Positions 50,512 through 59,409 of a stretch of DNA of 64,000 nucleotides are shown piece after piece. The translations under genes were made by a program, and so were the position numbers. The DNA lies in NCBI GenBank assembly GCA_963808235.1, contig CAWEEQ010000004.1, positions 2,176,001 to 2,240,000 on the forward strand, given 5' to 3'. The stretch comes from an uncultured delta proteobacterium (GTDB lineage Bacteria; Desulfobacterota; Binatia; Binatales; Binataceae). The notes under the pieces were generated by a model. The model did no database searches, was not told where the DNA came from, and was given only the letters and a program-made list of their open reading frames with translations. Position 1 is the stretch's first letter. Each line of letters begins with the position of its first letter.

Positions 50512-50564
50512 TCGTACGGCTTGCGGTGATCGATCGGCGGCGACAGAGTCGCCTCCGTCGCTGG

Positions 50565-51026
50565 CTATCTATAGATCATTTTCACCGGAATCTGCTTCCA
50601 GCCGGAGCCGTCGTAGTGGAACTTGCATTCGTCGAAGGACGGCGCTTTGAACGTCGGCACCACGTTGTTGGAGAATCCGTAACCTTCGAGCGGATAGCCG
50701 ACAAAGTTCGAATCGAATTTGCCGTTTTTGTTCTCATCGTGAAAGATCGTGACGGCGTAGGCGCCAGCCGGAAAAGATCCGCCGAAGACGCACTCGCCGC
50801 TGGCGTTCTTAATCGGAGCCCAAATGTGCTTCAGAATATGAGAGTCGTCGCGCGGAAATCCCGCAGGCCCCTGCCACAGCGAGCATCCGAGCTGCCCTTT
50901 GTCGTTTCGAAAGCCGCTGACTTCGACCTTGATGCCCGCTGCCTTCGTCGTGTCATCGGCTCTGGAAGCGGCCGGCAGCGCGATCATTAACATTGCCAAT
51001 GCTATCAACTGGATTCTTATTCTCAT
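50565..51026 (-). CDS. DUF2141 family secreted protein
   Basis: Signal peptide, FRNDKGQ, GAYAVTIFHDENKNGKFD and PLEGYGFSNN. Confidence 0.88.
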   Translation of the reverse strand: MRIRIQLIALAMLMIALPAASRADDTTKAAGIKVEVSGFRNDKGQLGCSLWQGPAGFPRDDSHILKHIWAPIKNASGECVFGGSFPAGAYAVTIFHDENKNGKFDSNFVGYPLEGYGFSNNVVPTFKAPSFDECKFHYDGSGWKQIPVKMIYR

Positions 51027-51119
51027 CAAGTTTGTCCCGCAGATTTCTCCCGACAAACGAAGAGGGTCCAGAGGGACCCTCTTGCGCGTTCACGACGCAC
51101 GATCCACTAAGCGCCGCGT

Positions 51120-52178
51120 TCAGTTGTACTGGTTGATTACCGTGACACCGACGTTCTGGTAGGTGTTCATTTCGTCGAAAATTTTGTTGATTCCGTCGAG
51201 TCCGCAGGTGCCCGTGATCATCGCCTTGGGCGAAACTTTCTTCGCCTCGACCAATTGCAGCATCGCGGGATAGTGCGACGCCTGCATCCCGAGCGATCCG
51301 ATCACTTGAAGCTCCATCGTGACGATCCGATCGATCGGCACCGGGATCTCGCCCTTCTCGGCTGAAGTCGTGAGTCCGATCTGCAGATGCCGTCCCTGCT
51401 TGCGCAGACTCATAATCGAATTGCGGCAGGTGGTCGCGACGCCAAGCGCATCGACCGAAACGTGTGCGCCACTGCCGCCGGTAAGCTCCAATATCGTGGC
51501 AATCGGATCGGCCTTCTTCGCGTTGATAACATGACTCGCGCCCATACCCTTGGCGAGTTCGAGTTTCGCGGAGTCGAGGTCAACGCCGATCACGTTGGCT
51601 CCCATGGCGGCTGCGATGTTGATCGCCGACAGACCGATCCCGCCGCATCCGTGCACCACGACCCATTCACCCGGCTTCACTTGCGCGCGATCGACGATAC
51701 CGTGAAACAACGTCATGAACCGGCATCCCATCGAGGCCGCCTCGACGAATCCGATACTCGCGGGTAGCGTGACCAGGTTCATGTCGGCAAAAGGCACCGC
51801 GACCAGGTGGCCGAATCCGCCGTGATACGAGAAGCCGGGCAGCAGCGGCGTCAGGCACACGTTTGATTGTCCGTTGCGGCAGTACTCGCAGGTGCCGTCG
51901 CCCTGGCTGAACGGGACGACCACGCGATCTCCCTTCTTGAAATTGCGGATGTCCTTGCCGACTTCTTCGACGACGCCGCAAAACTCGTGACCGAGGATCG
52001 CGCCCGGCTGCGCGGAGAGACCCATCCACGTCCAGTCGCCCGACCAGGCGTGCCAGTCGGAACGGCAGATGCCGTTGGCCTCGACGCGGACGATCGCAGA
52101 GTTGGGGGCGCACTCGGGATCGGGCACGGTCTTGACGACCAGTGGTTTTTTTGTGGATTCAAATACTGCTGCTTTCAT
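51120..52178 (-). CDS. Zn-dependent alcohol dehydrogenase family protein
   Basis: GICRSDWH, GHEFCG, DGTCEYC..C, GCRFMT and HGCGGIG motifs. Confidence 0.95.
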   Translation of the reverse strand: MKAAVFESTKKPLVVKTVPDPECAPNSAIVRVEANGICRSDWHAWSGDWTWMGLSAQPGAILGHEFCGVVEEVGKDIRNFKKGDRVVVPFSQGDGTCEYCRNGQSNVCLTPLLPGFSYHGGFGHLVAVPFADMNLVTLPASIGFVEAASMGCRFMTLFHGIVDRAQVKPGEWVVVHGCGGIGLSAINIAAAMGANVIGVDLDSAKLELAKGMGASHVINAKKADPIATILELTGGSGAHVSVDALGVATTCRNSIMSLRKQGRHLQIGLTTSAEKGEIPVPIDRIVTMELQVIGSLGMQASHYPAMLQLVEAKKVSPKAMITGTCGLDGINKIFDEMNTYQNVGVTVINQYN

Positions 52179-52259
52179 TGCGCGGCCTCCTCAAGGTTCA
52201 ATCATTCCGTAGCGCCTTTTCCTCATAGCGCTTTTTCAAACAGATCGGCAAATCAGAAC

Positions 52260-53258
52260 CTATCCGATCAATCTGGCGACAGTCTTCTCGAACTCAGCGG
52301 GACTGCTCGCATCGATATCGACCGGATGCAAATCGACTCCTGCCTCTTCCTGCAACTTCAGCCGCTCGACCGCGCCCTCGATTCCGCCAATATAACCCAA
52401 CTCGCCCAGCATCTTGGACGATAGCGCCGCAACACCCGCCTTGGAGCCGCCGGCGTCCCACGCTTGCTTGATTTTCTGCACATCGTCGCCAAAGCCGAAG
52501 CGCGTCAACTGCTCCGAATAGAAGGTGCCCATGCGCGCGGCGTAAAATGCGACGTTGGCGGCATGGCCCGCCGTCGCGCGATCGACGTTGGCAGTCACAG
52601 TTACATGGCCAGGCGACTTGACCGCGACCGCGCGCGGCTCGCGGCCCGCATCTTTTACGATCGCGCGGAAGTCGGCGATCGCCTTCTTGAGCGAGTTCAC
52701 CGGGATCATCACCGGCAGCCATCCGTCGGCCTTGCGCGCGGTAAACTCGACGCTCTTCTTGTTGAGCGAGGCGATCCAAATCGGGATGTGTTTGCGCGGC
52801 GTCTCGAAGCGCATCGTGAATCCGCGCTGCAGCTTGAACAGCTTGCCCTCATAGTTGAGCGGCGTGCCGGCCATGATCATGTTGATTATCTCCACGTACT
52901 CCTTCATTCGGGTCAGTGGCGGATTGAACGGGATACCGTGGAAATGCTCGATCACCTGCGGCCCGCTGGTGCCGAGCCCGATGATCATGCGGCCGTTGCT
53001 GAACTCGTCGAGCGTGCCGAAATGCTGCGCCAGCGCAGCGGGCGTGCGCGAGTAAATATTGACGATCGAGGTGGCGAGCTGAGTCTTGCGGGTATGCTCG
53101 GCGAGCAACGTCAGCAGCGTGAAGGCGTCGCGGCCCCATGCCTCGGCGACCCAGATCGAGTGGATTCCCGCCTCGTCGGCAATCTTTGCGCGTTCGATCG
53201 CCGCCTTGAAATCGAGTTTGCCTTGCCAGTTAACTCCAATCGATAAATTGCGCGCCAT
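52260..53258 (-). CDS. LLM-class (luciferase-like, probably F420-dependent) oxidoreductase
   Basis: WVAEAWGRDAF, IYSRTPAALAQ, GRMIIGLGTSGPQVIE and ADGWLP motifs. Confidence 0.92.
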   Translation of the reverse strand: MARNLSIGVNWQGKLDFKAAIERAKIADEAGIHSIWVAEAWGRDAFTLLTLLAEHTRKTQLATSIVNIYSRTPAALAQHFGTLDEFSNGRMIIGLGTSGPQVIEHFHGIPFNPPLTRMKEYVEIINMIMAGTPLNYEGKLFKLQRGFTMRFETPRKHIPIWIASLNKKSVEFTARKADGWLPVMIPVNSLKKAIADFRAIVKDAGREPRAVAVKSPGHVTVTANVDRATAGHAANVAFYAARMGTFYSEQLTRFGFGDDVQKIKQAWDAGGSKAGVAALSSKMLGELGYIGGIEGAVERLKLQEEAGVDLHPVDIDASSPAEFEKTVARLIG

Positions 53259-53282
53259 TTTATTTCCTCCGAATTACGTTGC

Positions 53283-53921
53283 TTACGCGAGGTCGCGAAT
53301 TCGTTCGTACCATCGGCCGACGTTGGCGAAGTCTTTGACAATCGAAAAGTTGGGCGGATTGAGTGAGAGAAAATACAGCGGATGGAAAAGCGACGCGTCC
53401 GCCATCGTGAAGCTCGCGCCCAGGAAAAAATCCTTGCCCTTAAGCTGCTCGTCGATCATGCGCAGATAACCACGCACCTGTTCACGCGCAGCCGCCGCAT
53501 GCTCGCGCATCCTGGCGGTCGTCATGCCGATAAGCTTTTCGCGATTCGCTCTCAGCTTCGGGTCGCCCACCGCGTCGAGCAAATCAGGAATCGTCAGCGA
53601 CAACATCGGCATAAAGAAAATGTTGTCGGCCCAGTTGTCGATCATCTCGATGAGTCCGCGCGCGTCGTCGGGAATCACGCGCCGCTCGGGCGCCTTGCGA
53701 TCGAGCCACCTGATAATGTCGGCGGAGTTGTAGACCACGTCGCCGTCCCACTCCAGCACCGGCACGCGGGTCCACGCTCCCTTGGTCACATCGAGCAGGT
53801 TGGTCTTGTCTTCATAGTGGCAGTCGATCGGATTCCACTTGAGATGTTTGTAGGTGAGCACTCGCCGCACCTTCTCGGAAAACGGCGAAATTGGATATTG
53901 ATAGAGATTGATTTCAGCCAT
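53283..53921 (-). CDS. Glutathione S-transferase family protein
   Basis: LYQYPISPFSEKVRRVL, RVPVL, NSADII and FTMADASL. Start at MAEINL. Confidence 0.88.
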   Translation of the reverse strand: MAEINLYQYPISPFSEKVRRVLTYKHLKWNPIDCHYEDKTNLLDVTKGAWTRVPVLEWDGDVVYNSADIIRWLDRKAPERRVIPDDARGLIEMIDNWADNIFFMPMLSLTIPDLLDAVGDPKLRANREKLIGMTTARMREHAAAAREQVRGYLRMIDEQLKGKDFFLGASFTMADASLFHPLYFLSLNPPNFSIVKDFANVGRWYERIRDLA

Positions 53922-54057
53922 TTGGTTTTCTCGTGCTCTCGCGCTCAACCTAGCCGAGACGGCGGCTTTTCTACAAACCGTTCGTTCAGGGCTGAGAGGC
54001 CGCGCATTCGATTTCGCGGGGATCGGTAGTAGAATACCCGCCGGAGAGAAGCGGGAT

Positions 54058-54930
54058 ATGAACCAGAAATTTCGGGCATCGATGCTCATGATTGCGTTGC
54101 TGATCTTCGGGCTGGCTACCGCCGGGTTCGTAAAACCCGCGCTCGCCCACGACGACATGGAAGGGATGGATATGGGTTCGGGCGGCAGCGGTGGCGGCGG
54201 CAGCGATACCGGTGCGATGGGCCAGATGGGATCGCATATGAAGATGGGCGATCACATGACGATGACCGAGACGCGCGCCGCGGTGCCCGCGGATACTCAG
54301 CGCGGCGAAGAGATCATCAAGACGATGCGCGAGAAGCTCTCCAAGTACGAAGACTCCAATGTCGCGATCGCGGACGGCTACGTGCCGTACATGGAATCGG
54401 TGCCACAGGACGTTTACCACTTCGCGAATCGATCGGCGACGGCCGCTGAGTACATGGGCGATTTCGATCTGGCACGACCAGGCTCGCTGCTCTACGAAAA
54501 AAAGACTTTCGGCGGATACAAACTGGTCGGCGCGATGTACGACGCTCCTCCCAACGCCACCCCTGAGCAGCTCGACAAGCTGATCCCGCTCAGCCTCTCG
54601 CACTGGCATGCGCATACGAATATCTGTCTGCCGCGCGGAGTAACTGAAGACGACGTGATGAACGGCCGAATCGGCAACAACATGCGTCCTGATATTTCTT
54701 CCTCGGGTGAGAGAGAATTTGGCACAAGTCGTAGCGGAGGCGCGGCGGCACGCATGCGTCTCGGATATCTGGCTGATCCGCGCTTCGGCTTCACCGGAAC
54801 GATTTCAAACCAGGCGGATTGCGAGGCGGCGGGCGGGAACTTTCACAAGCAGATCTTCGGCTGGATGATCCACGTCTATCCGTTCGCGAGCGAGGACTTG
54901 AAAGTCGCGTTCAGCACCGAAGCGCCTTAG
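54058..54930 (+). CDS. Secreted hypothetical protein with Met/His-rich N-terminus (metal-binding candidate)
   Basis: Signal peptide ending ALA, HDDMEGMDM..MGQMGSHMKMGDHMTM, YHFAN, PGSLLYEK, LVGAMY, WHAHTNIC and WMIHVY. Confidence 0.7.
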   Translation: MNQKFRASMLMIALLIFGLATAGFVKPALAHDDMEGMDMGSGGSGGGGSDTGAMGQMGSHMKMGDHMTMTETRAAVPADTQRGEEIIKTMREKLSKYEDSNVAIADGYVPYMESVPQDVYHFANRSATAAEYMGDFDLARPGSLLYEKKTFGGYKLVGAMYDAPPNATPEQLDKLIPLSLSHWHAHTNICLPRGVTEDDVMNGRIGNNMRPDISSSGEREFGTSRSGGAAARMRLGYLADPRFGFTGTISNQADCEAAGGNFHKQIFGWMIHVYPFASEDLKVAFSTEAP

Positions 54931-54938
54931 CGGCGCGA

Positions 54939-55586
54939 TCAATTCTGCGCCGGTGAGGTGATCCGGTAAGCGCATCGCCGTGCGCCGGCGAGTATGTGAT
55001 CGGTGCGCTCGACCTGCGCTTTGTCGCCAAGCACCGCGCGGAAAAGCGACAGCTCTTCGCGGCACAAGCCCTGGCAGGTCGCGGCCGCCGCGCAGATCGG
55101 ACAATGATTTTCGACCAGCAGCATCGAGCCGTCCGGCATGCGGGTGCATTCGGCCATGTAGCCTTGCTCGCGGCGAATTTCAGCGAGTGCCTGCGCGCGT
55201 TTCGCAATCGAACTTCCAGCCGGCCGCAGCCGCGCCCGATATTCGTCCTTCTGCCGGCGCGTCCGCTCCGCGAGCAACTTGTCCATCCCGGCTTCGCCGA
55301 ACGCGGCACGCACCGCGGCTATCATCTCGACTGTCAGATCGCCGTGCGTATCGGGAAAGCGCCCCGCCGCGGCTTTGGTCAATCTCCAGACTCGAGCCGG
55401 GCGCCCGACTTTGCGGCGCTCGTCGCTGAAATCGACCAGGCCGGCGCCTTTCAGTCTATAAAGATGCTGTCGCACCGCCATCGGGGTGACGCTCAGCCTG
55501 CGCGCGATTTGCGCGGCAGGCAGCGGCCCGCGAGTTTTGAGCTGATAGAGTACCCCTTCCTCCGCCCGTGAATCCTGCTTCATCAT
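54939..55586 (-). CDS. SufR-like (COG2345-type) HTH transcriptional regulator with Cys-rich C-terminus
   Basis: IARRLSVTPMAVRQHL, VGRP..WRLT, FPD, QGYMAE, ENHCPI..CQGLC (Cx12C) and HILAGARRC. Confidence 0.88.
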   Translation of the reverse strand: MMKQDSRAEEGVLYQLKTRGPLPAAQIARRLSVTPMAVRQHLYRLKGAGLVDFSDERRKVGRPARVWRLTKAAAGRFPDTHGDLTVEMIAAVRAAFGEAGMDKLLAERTRRQKDEYRARLRPAGSSIAKRAQALAEIRREQGYMAECTRMPDGSMLLVENHCPICAAAATCQGLCREELSLFRAVLGDKAQVERTDHILAGARRCAYRITSPAQN

Positions 55587-55612
55587 CACGAGCGTAACGA
55601 ACCCTGAACATT

Positions 55613-55656
55613 AGTCAAGTGGGAGCTTGACTTAGTATGTAAAGCGAGTACTTTAC
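55613..55656. promoter_or_regulatory. Two tandem palindromic operators overlapping divergent promoters
   Basis: AGTCAAG-N6-CTTGACT (55613-55632) and GTAAAG-N6-CTTTAC (55639-55656). TTGACT -35 hexamers occur on both strands. Confidence 0.7.
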
Positions 55657-55681
55657 CAATTGTCGGACCACGGAGGACATC

Positions 55682-57448
55682 ATGATGTCAGAATTGGATT
55701 CCGCCACAGAGACTCAGTCCCGTTTTGTCCGCGCCGGATCGCTCGCTCAACTCCCCGAAGGAAAGAGCATGACGGTCACTCTCGAAGGCCACGTGATCGC
55801 TCTCTTCCACACTCCGGAGGGAATCTTCGCGGTGGACAATCGATGTCCTCACATGGGCTTTCCGCTTGATCGCGGCACCGTGAAAGATTGCATCCTGACC
55901 TGCCACTGGCATCACGCGCGCTTCGACCTGCACAGCGGCGGCGCATTCGATCCGTGGGCAGACGACGTGCGGGCGTTCCCGGTGAAGATCGAAGGTGGCA
56001 ACATCTGGATCGATCTTGCGGCGCACGGCGATCTGCGCCGCCATCGAATCGAACGGCTGCGCGACGGCATCGAACGCAACCTCCCGCTCGTGATCGGCAA
56101 GTCAGTGATCGCTCTTCTGGACGACGGCGGCGACGCGCGTGAGTCGTTTCGAATCGGACTCGAATTCGGCACCCGCTATCGGCGTGACGGTTGGGGCGTC
56201 GGTCTCACAATTCTCACCTGCATGATGAATATCCTCGGAAGCTTGAGTCCCGATGATCGTGCGCGGGCGATGTTCCACGGGCTGAGCGCGGTTGCCAACG
56301 ACTCCGACGGCCATCCGCCGCGCTTCGCGATGCGTCCACTGCCGGGCGGCGGCGCGAGCGTCGCGGAAATCAAGCGATGGTTGCGCAGGTTCGTCGAGGT
56401 TCGCGACACCGAGGGCGCCGAGCGATGCATCGTCTCCGCGGTGCGCACCGGTGCGGCATCGAGCGAAGTTGCGGACATGATGTTTGCGGCAGCGACCGAC
56501 CATCGCTATCTCGACGGCGGCCACACGCTCGACTTCACCAACAAAGCGTTCGAAGCGCTCGATCGCGCGGGATGGGAGCTCGCGGAACCGGTCCTCGCAA
56601 GCCTCGCGCGCGGCTACGCGACTGGCGATCGCATGGAAGAAGCCAACTCATGGCGCAATCCGATCGATCTGGTTGCGATCCTCGAGCCCGCCTTCGAAAG
56701 GATTCCAGCCGCTCTTGAAGCGGGTCACCGCGCGAAGCTTGCATGGTCCGATCGCGAGGTACTGGTTCAAACGATTCTCGGCGATGATCCGAACGCGATC
56801 ATTGATGCGATGCTTACCGCTCTCCGCGAAGGCTCTCCGCCATCGGAGCTCGCGGGCGCGGTTGCGTATGCGGCGGCGCTCCGACTCGCGCGCTTTCCAA
56901 TCAGCAACGAGTTTGGCGATTGGGATACGGCCCATCACAGCTTCACGTTTGCCAACGCCGTCCATCAGGCGGTGCGCCGGGTCGCGTCGGTGGAACTGAT
57001 CCGAGGAGTCTTCGACGCCGCGATGACGGTCTATCTCGATCGATTTCTCAACGTGCCCGCCACGAAACTTCCCGAGCCGAACGGTGCGGGCAGGACTGCC
57101 GTACAACAACTGGCCCGGTTGCCGGACTTGCTCGACCGCCAGCAGCAGGTGAACGAGGCGGGCGCGCTGGTCGCGGACTATCTTGGCGGGGGCAACGATC
57201 CGAACGCGCTGCTCGCCACGCTCGGCAACACTTTGCTGCGCGAGGATCGCGACTTCCATACCATCCAGGATATCGAAGCCGCGTTCCGGCAGTACTCGAT
57301 TCTCAAGGGAACCGACGCGGGGCGCCACGTGCTGATCGCGACCACTCGTTACCTTGCCGCGCACGCTCCGACGGTGCGCGCACAAGCGCAGACATATCAG
57401 ATTGCGCTCCGGCTGAATCGTGGCGAGCATGTTTTTGACGAACAGTGA
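55682..57448 (+). CDS. Rieske [2Fe-2S] domain fused to a large His-containing alpha-helical domain
   Basis: NRCPHMG..LTCHWH (CxH/CxxH), and C-terminal motifs FHG, GGHTLDFTNK, AHHSFT and DFHTIQ. RBS GGAGG. Confidence 0.85.
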   Translation: MMSELDSATETQSRFVRAGSLAQLPEGKSMTVTLEGHVIALFHTPEGIFAVDNRCPHMGFPLDRGTVKDCILTCHWHHARFDLHSGGAFDPWADDVRAFPVKIEGGNIWIDLAAHGDLRRHRIERLRDGIERNLPLVIGKSVIALLDDGGDARESFRIGLEFGTRYRRDGWGVGLTILTCMMNILGSLSPDDRARAMFHGLSAVANDSDGHPPRFAMRPLPGGGASVAEIKRWLRRFVEVRDTEGAERCIVSAVRTGAASSEVADMMFAAATDHRYLDGGHTLDFTNKAFEALDRAGWELAEPVLASLARGYATGDRMEEANSWRNPIDLVAILEPAFERIPAALEAGHRAKLAWSDREVLVQTILGDDPNAIIDAMLTALREGSPPSELAGAVAYAAALRLARFPISNEFGDWDTAHHSFTFANAVHQAVRRVASVELIRGVFDAAMTVYLDRFLNVPATKLPEPNGAGRTAVQQLARLPDLLDRQQQVNEAGALVADYLGGGNDPNALLATLGNTLLREDRDFHTIQDIEAAFRQYSILKGTDAGRHVLIATTRYLAAHAPTVRAQAQTYQIALRLNRGEHVFDEQ

Positions 57449-57472
57449 TGCCCAAATCCTCGAGGTGCGGAA

Positions 57473-58534
57473 ATGAAGCCGGCAGATTACTCAGCGCTCG
57501 ATGAAGCGCTAGAAATTATGGCGCCGATGGGACCCGAGCTGAGCAACGGCTTCTCTAATCACGCTCCGATGGCAATCGAAGCTATGTGCGCGATGGGACG
57601 ACGGGACGCCGTGATGCCGTGGTTCGAGCGCTACCGCCGCGGGCTCGTGCCGCGGCCCGCCCGAGTGGCACGCCTCACCGAGGACAATTGGCGCGAAGCC
57701 CTCGGCAACGTCCGCCGCGCAGAGGATTGGTTCGAGTTCTTTCGCAACGAGCTCGAAGACCGCCCATGGCATGAAGTCCTCGACAATTGGGCCGCACGGC
57801 TCGCGCCGGGAATCATGTCGGCCGCGACGCACGGCGTGATTCGCAGCGGGCATGCGACTCGTGCGATGGTGATCGAAGATACTCCCGCGCGTCGTCGCGA
57901 ACTTGCCGACGGACTCGCGTATTGGGCTGCGGATTATCTTCCGCTTCCCGCCGACCGTCATGCGCCAGCTCGCGCGATGCCCTCGCAAGCAATCGCGCGG
58001 GTGCGGATGATTCCGCCCGAAACTCGCGGCGGCAACTTCGGCGCGTTTACCGACGCTCTCGCACAACTCGATGCCTTCGAGCCGTTCAAGCAGACGCTGG
58101 ACGCGGTCGATACTTCCGGCGACGCGTCGGCATTCGTTTCCGATCTGACGGCCACTTTCGCGCGCGTCTTCTTCGCCAACGCTCGCAACGTCTATACGAC
58201 GATCGCTTTCGTTCATGCTGTGACGGGACCGTCCTCGATTCGCCCGATGCTCCCCTACCTAAGGAAAGAGACCGCGCACGCTGCGCTCGCGTACGCATGG
58301 CAAGCCGCCGCCGCGATGTACGCGACCTTTGGCACCAGCGCGGATCTGTCGCGCCTGGCGGAGGCAAAAGTTAGCGATGCCGACGAACTCATGGAGCGTG
58401 CGATCGCTTGCGGCGACGAGCACGCGATTAAGTTCACCGAGGTTTGTATCCGCGAGTATGCGCTGAATCCGGATCCGACGTTTTTCTCGGCCGCAGAGCA
58501 TGCCATCGACATGCTGAGGCGTGGCGGAGGCTGA
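57473..58534 (+). CDS. Questin oxidase family (DUF4243-like) protein
   Basis: FSNHAPM, ATHGVIR, ELADGLAYWA, FVHAVT and DEHAIKF motifs. Confidence 0.8.
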   Translation: MKPADYSALDEALEIMAPMGPELSNGFSNHAPMAIEAMCAMGRRDAVMPWFERYRRGLVPRPARVARLTEDNWREALGNVRRAEDWFEFFRNELEDRPWHEVLDNWAARLAPGIMSAATHGVIRSGHATRAMVIEDTPARRRELADGLAYWAADYLPLPADRHAPARAMPSQAIARVRMIPPETRGGNFGAFTDALAQLDAFEPFKQTLDAVDTSGDASAFVSDLTATFARVFFANARNVYTTIAFVHAVTGPSSIRPMLPYLRKETAHAALAYAWQAAAAMYATFGTSADLSRLAEAKVSDADELMERAIACGDEHAIKFTEVCIREYALNPDPTFFSAAEHAIDMLRRGGG

Positions 58535-58537
58535 CGT

Positions 58538-59218
58538 TTACTTGGTGCCCGAGTACACGGCGAACATCAGGTTCTTGTACGCGCAGACGATTTCGCGGAA
58601 GCCCGCCGCGGCGAGCCACTCGAGCTGATCTTCGAGCGTCGCCGCACGATCGAACTTCATCCGCTCGATCGCAGACGCAAGATCGCGCTCGCTCACGCCC
58701 AATTCACGCACCCGCGTCAGCCATCGCTCGTGATTGAACCGATCGAGTTCCGCAGTCGCGCCGCGAAACTGCTCCGCGTTGACGAACACGCCACCGTCTT
58801 TCAGCGCGCCATGAATTTGACCGAACAGGTCCCGCTTTTGGTCGTCGCTCAAGTGATGAATCGACAACGCCGACACGACCGCGTCATACTTGTTGTTGAT
58901 TCGGGCCGTGCCGTAGTCGCTGACCTCAAACTGAAACCGCTCACCGCCGAGCTCGAAGCGCTCGCGCGCCCGATCGAGCATCTCGTTCGATATATCGACC
59001 ATCGTGATGCGCGCCCGCGGAAAGCTGTAAGCGACAAACGCCGCGAGCAGGCCGGTGCCCGCGCCGAGATCGAGAACTTCTATCTCGCTGTCGCGCGGAA
59101 ACCGGAGCAGATCGATCGCCGCGCGGTAAAAATCGTCGAACCCGGGCACCAGGCGGCGTCGCGTGCGGTCGTAATCCTCCGCCGCCAAATCGAACGCGCG
59201 CTGTACCGTATTTCCCAT
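58538..59218 (-). CDS. Class I SAM-dependent methyltransferase
   Basis: YDRTRRRLVP, VLDLGAGTG, VVSALSIHHL and GGVFVNAEQ motifs. Confidence 0.9.
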   Translation of the reverse strand: MGNTVQRAFDLAAEDYDRTRRRLVPGFDDFYRAAIDLLRFPRDSEIEVLDLGAGTGLLAAFVAYSFPRARITMVDISNEMLDRARERFELGGERFQFEVSDYGTARINNKYDAVVSALSIHHLSDDQKRDLFGQIHGALKDGGVFVNAEQFRGATAELDRFNHERWLTRVRELGVSERDLASAIERMKFDRAATLEDQLEWLAAAGFREIVCAYKNLMFAVYSGTK

Positions 59219-59409
59219 CCGAAGATTGTGCTGATGCGCGCATCGTGAATCAACCTTTTTCACGCGCGGCGAGAGCGTTTTGCGATGCAATTAACGATCG
59301 GTAACGTTGTAAACTCAAGCTTCGTCTAGTAAATAGAAACTCGAACAGAATCGTAATTCCCGGTCAGGATTTCGCGACGCCAAGCGAAGCCAATCGAGGT
59401 TCAAAAGCG

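Noticed and set aside
53908-54158. Apparent head-to-head overlap of the 53283-54158 and 53908-54930 ORFs
   Set aside because: Artifact of longest-ORF starts. The likely starts are 53921 (GST) and 54058 (signal peptide), leaving a normal divergent gap.
54939-55586. Canonical sufR of a suf operon
   Set aside because: No sufBCDS genes are nearby and the palindrome differs from the CAAC-N6-GTTG site, so it is called SufR-like only.
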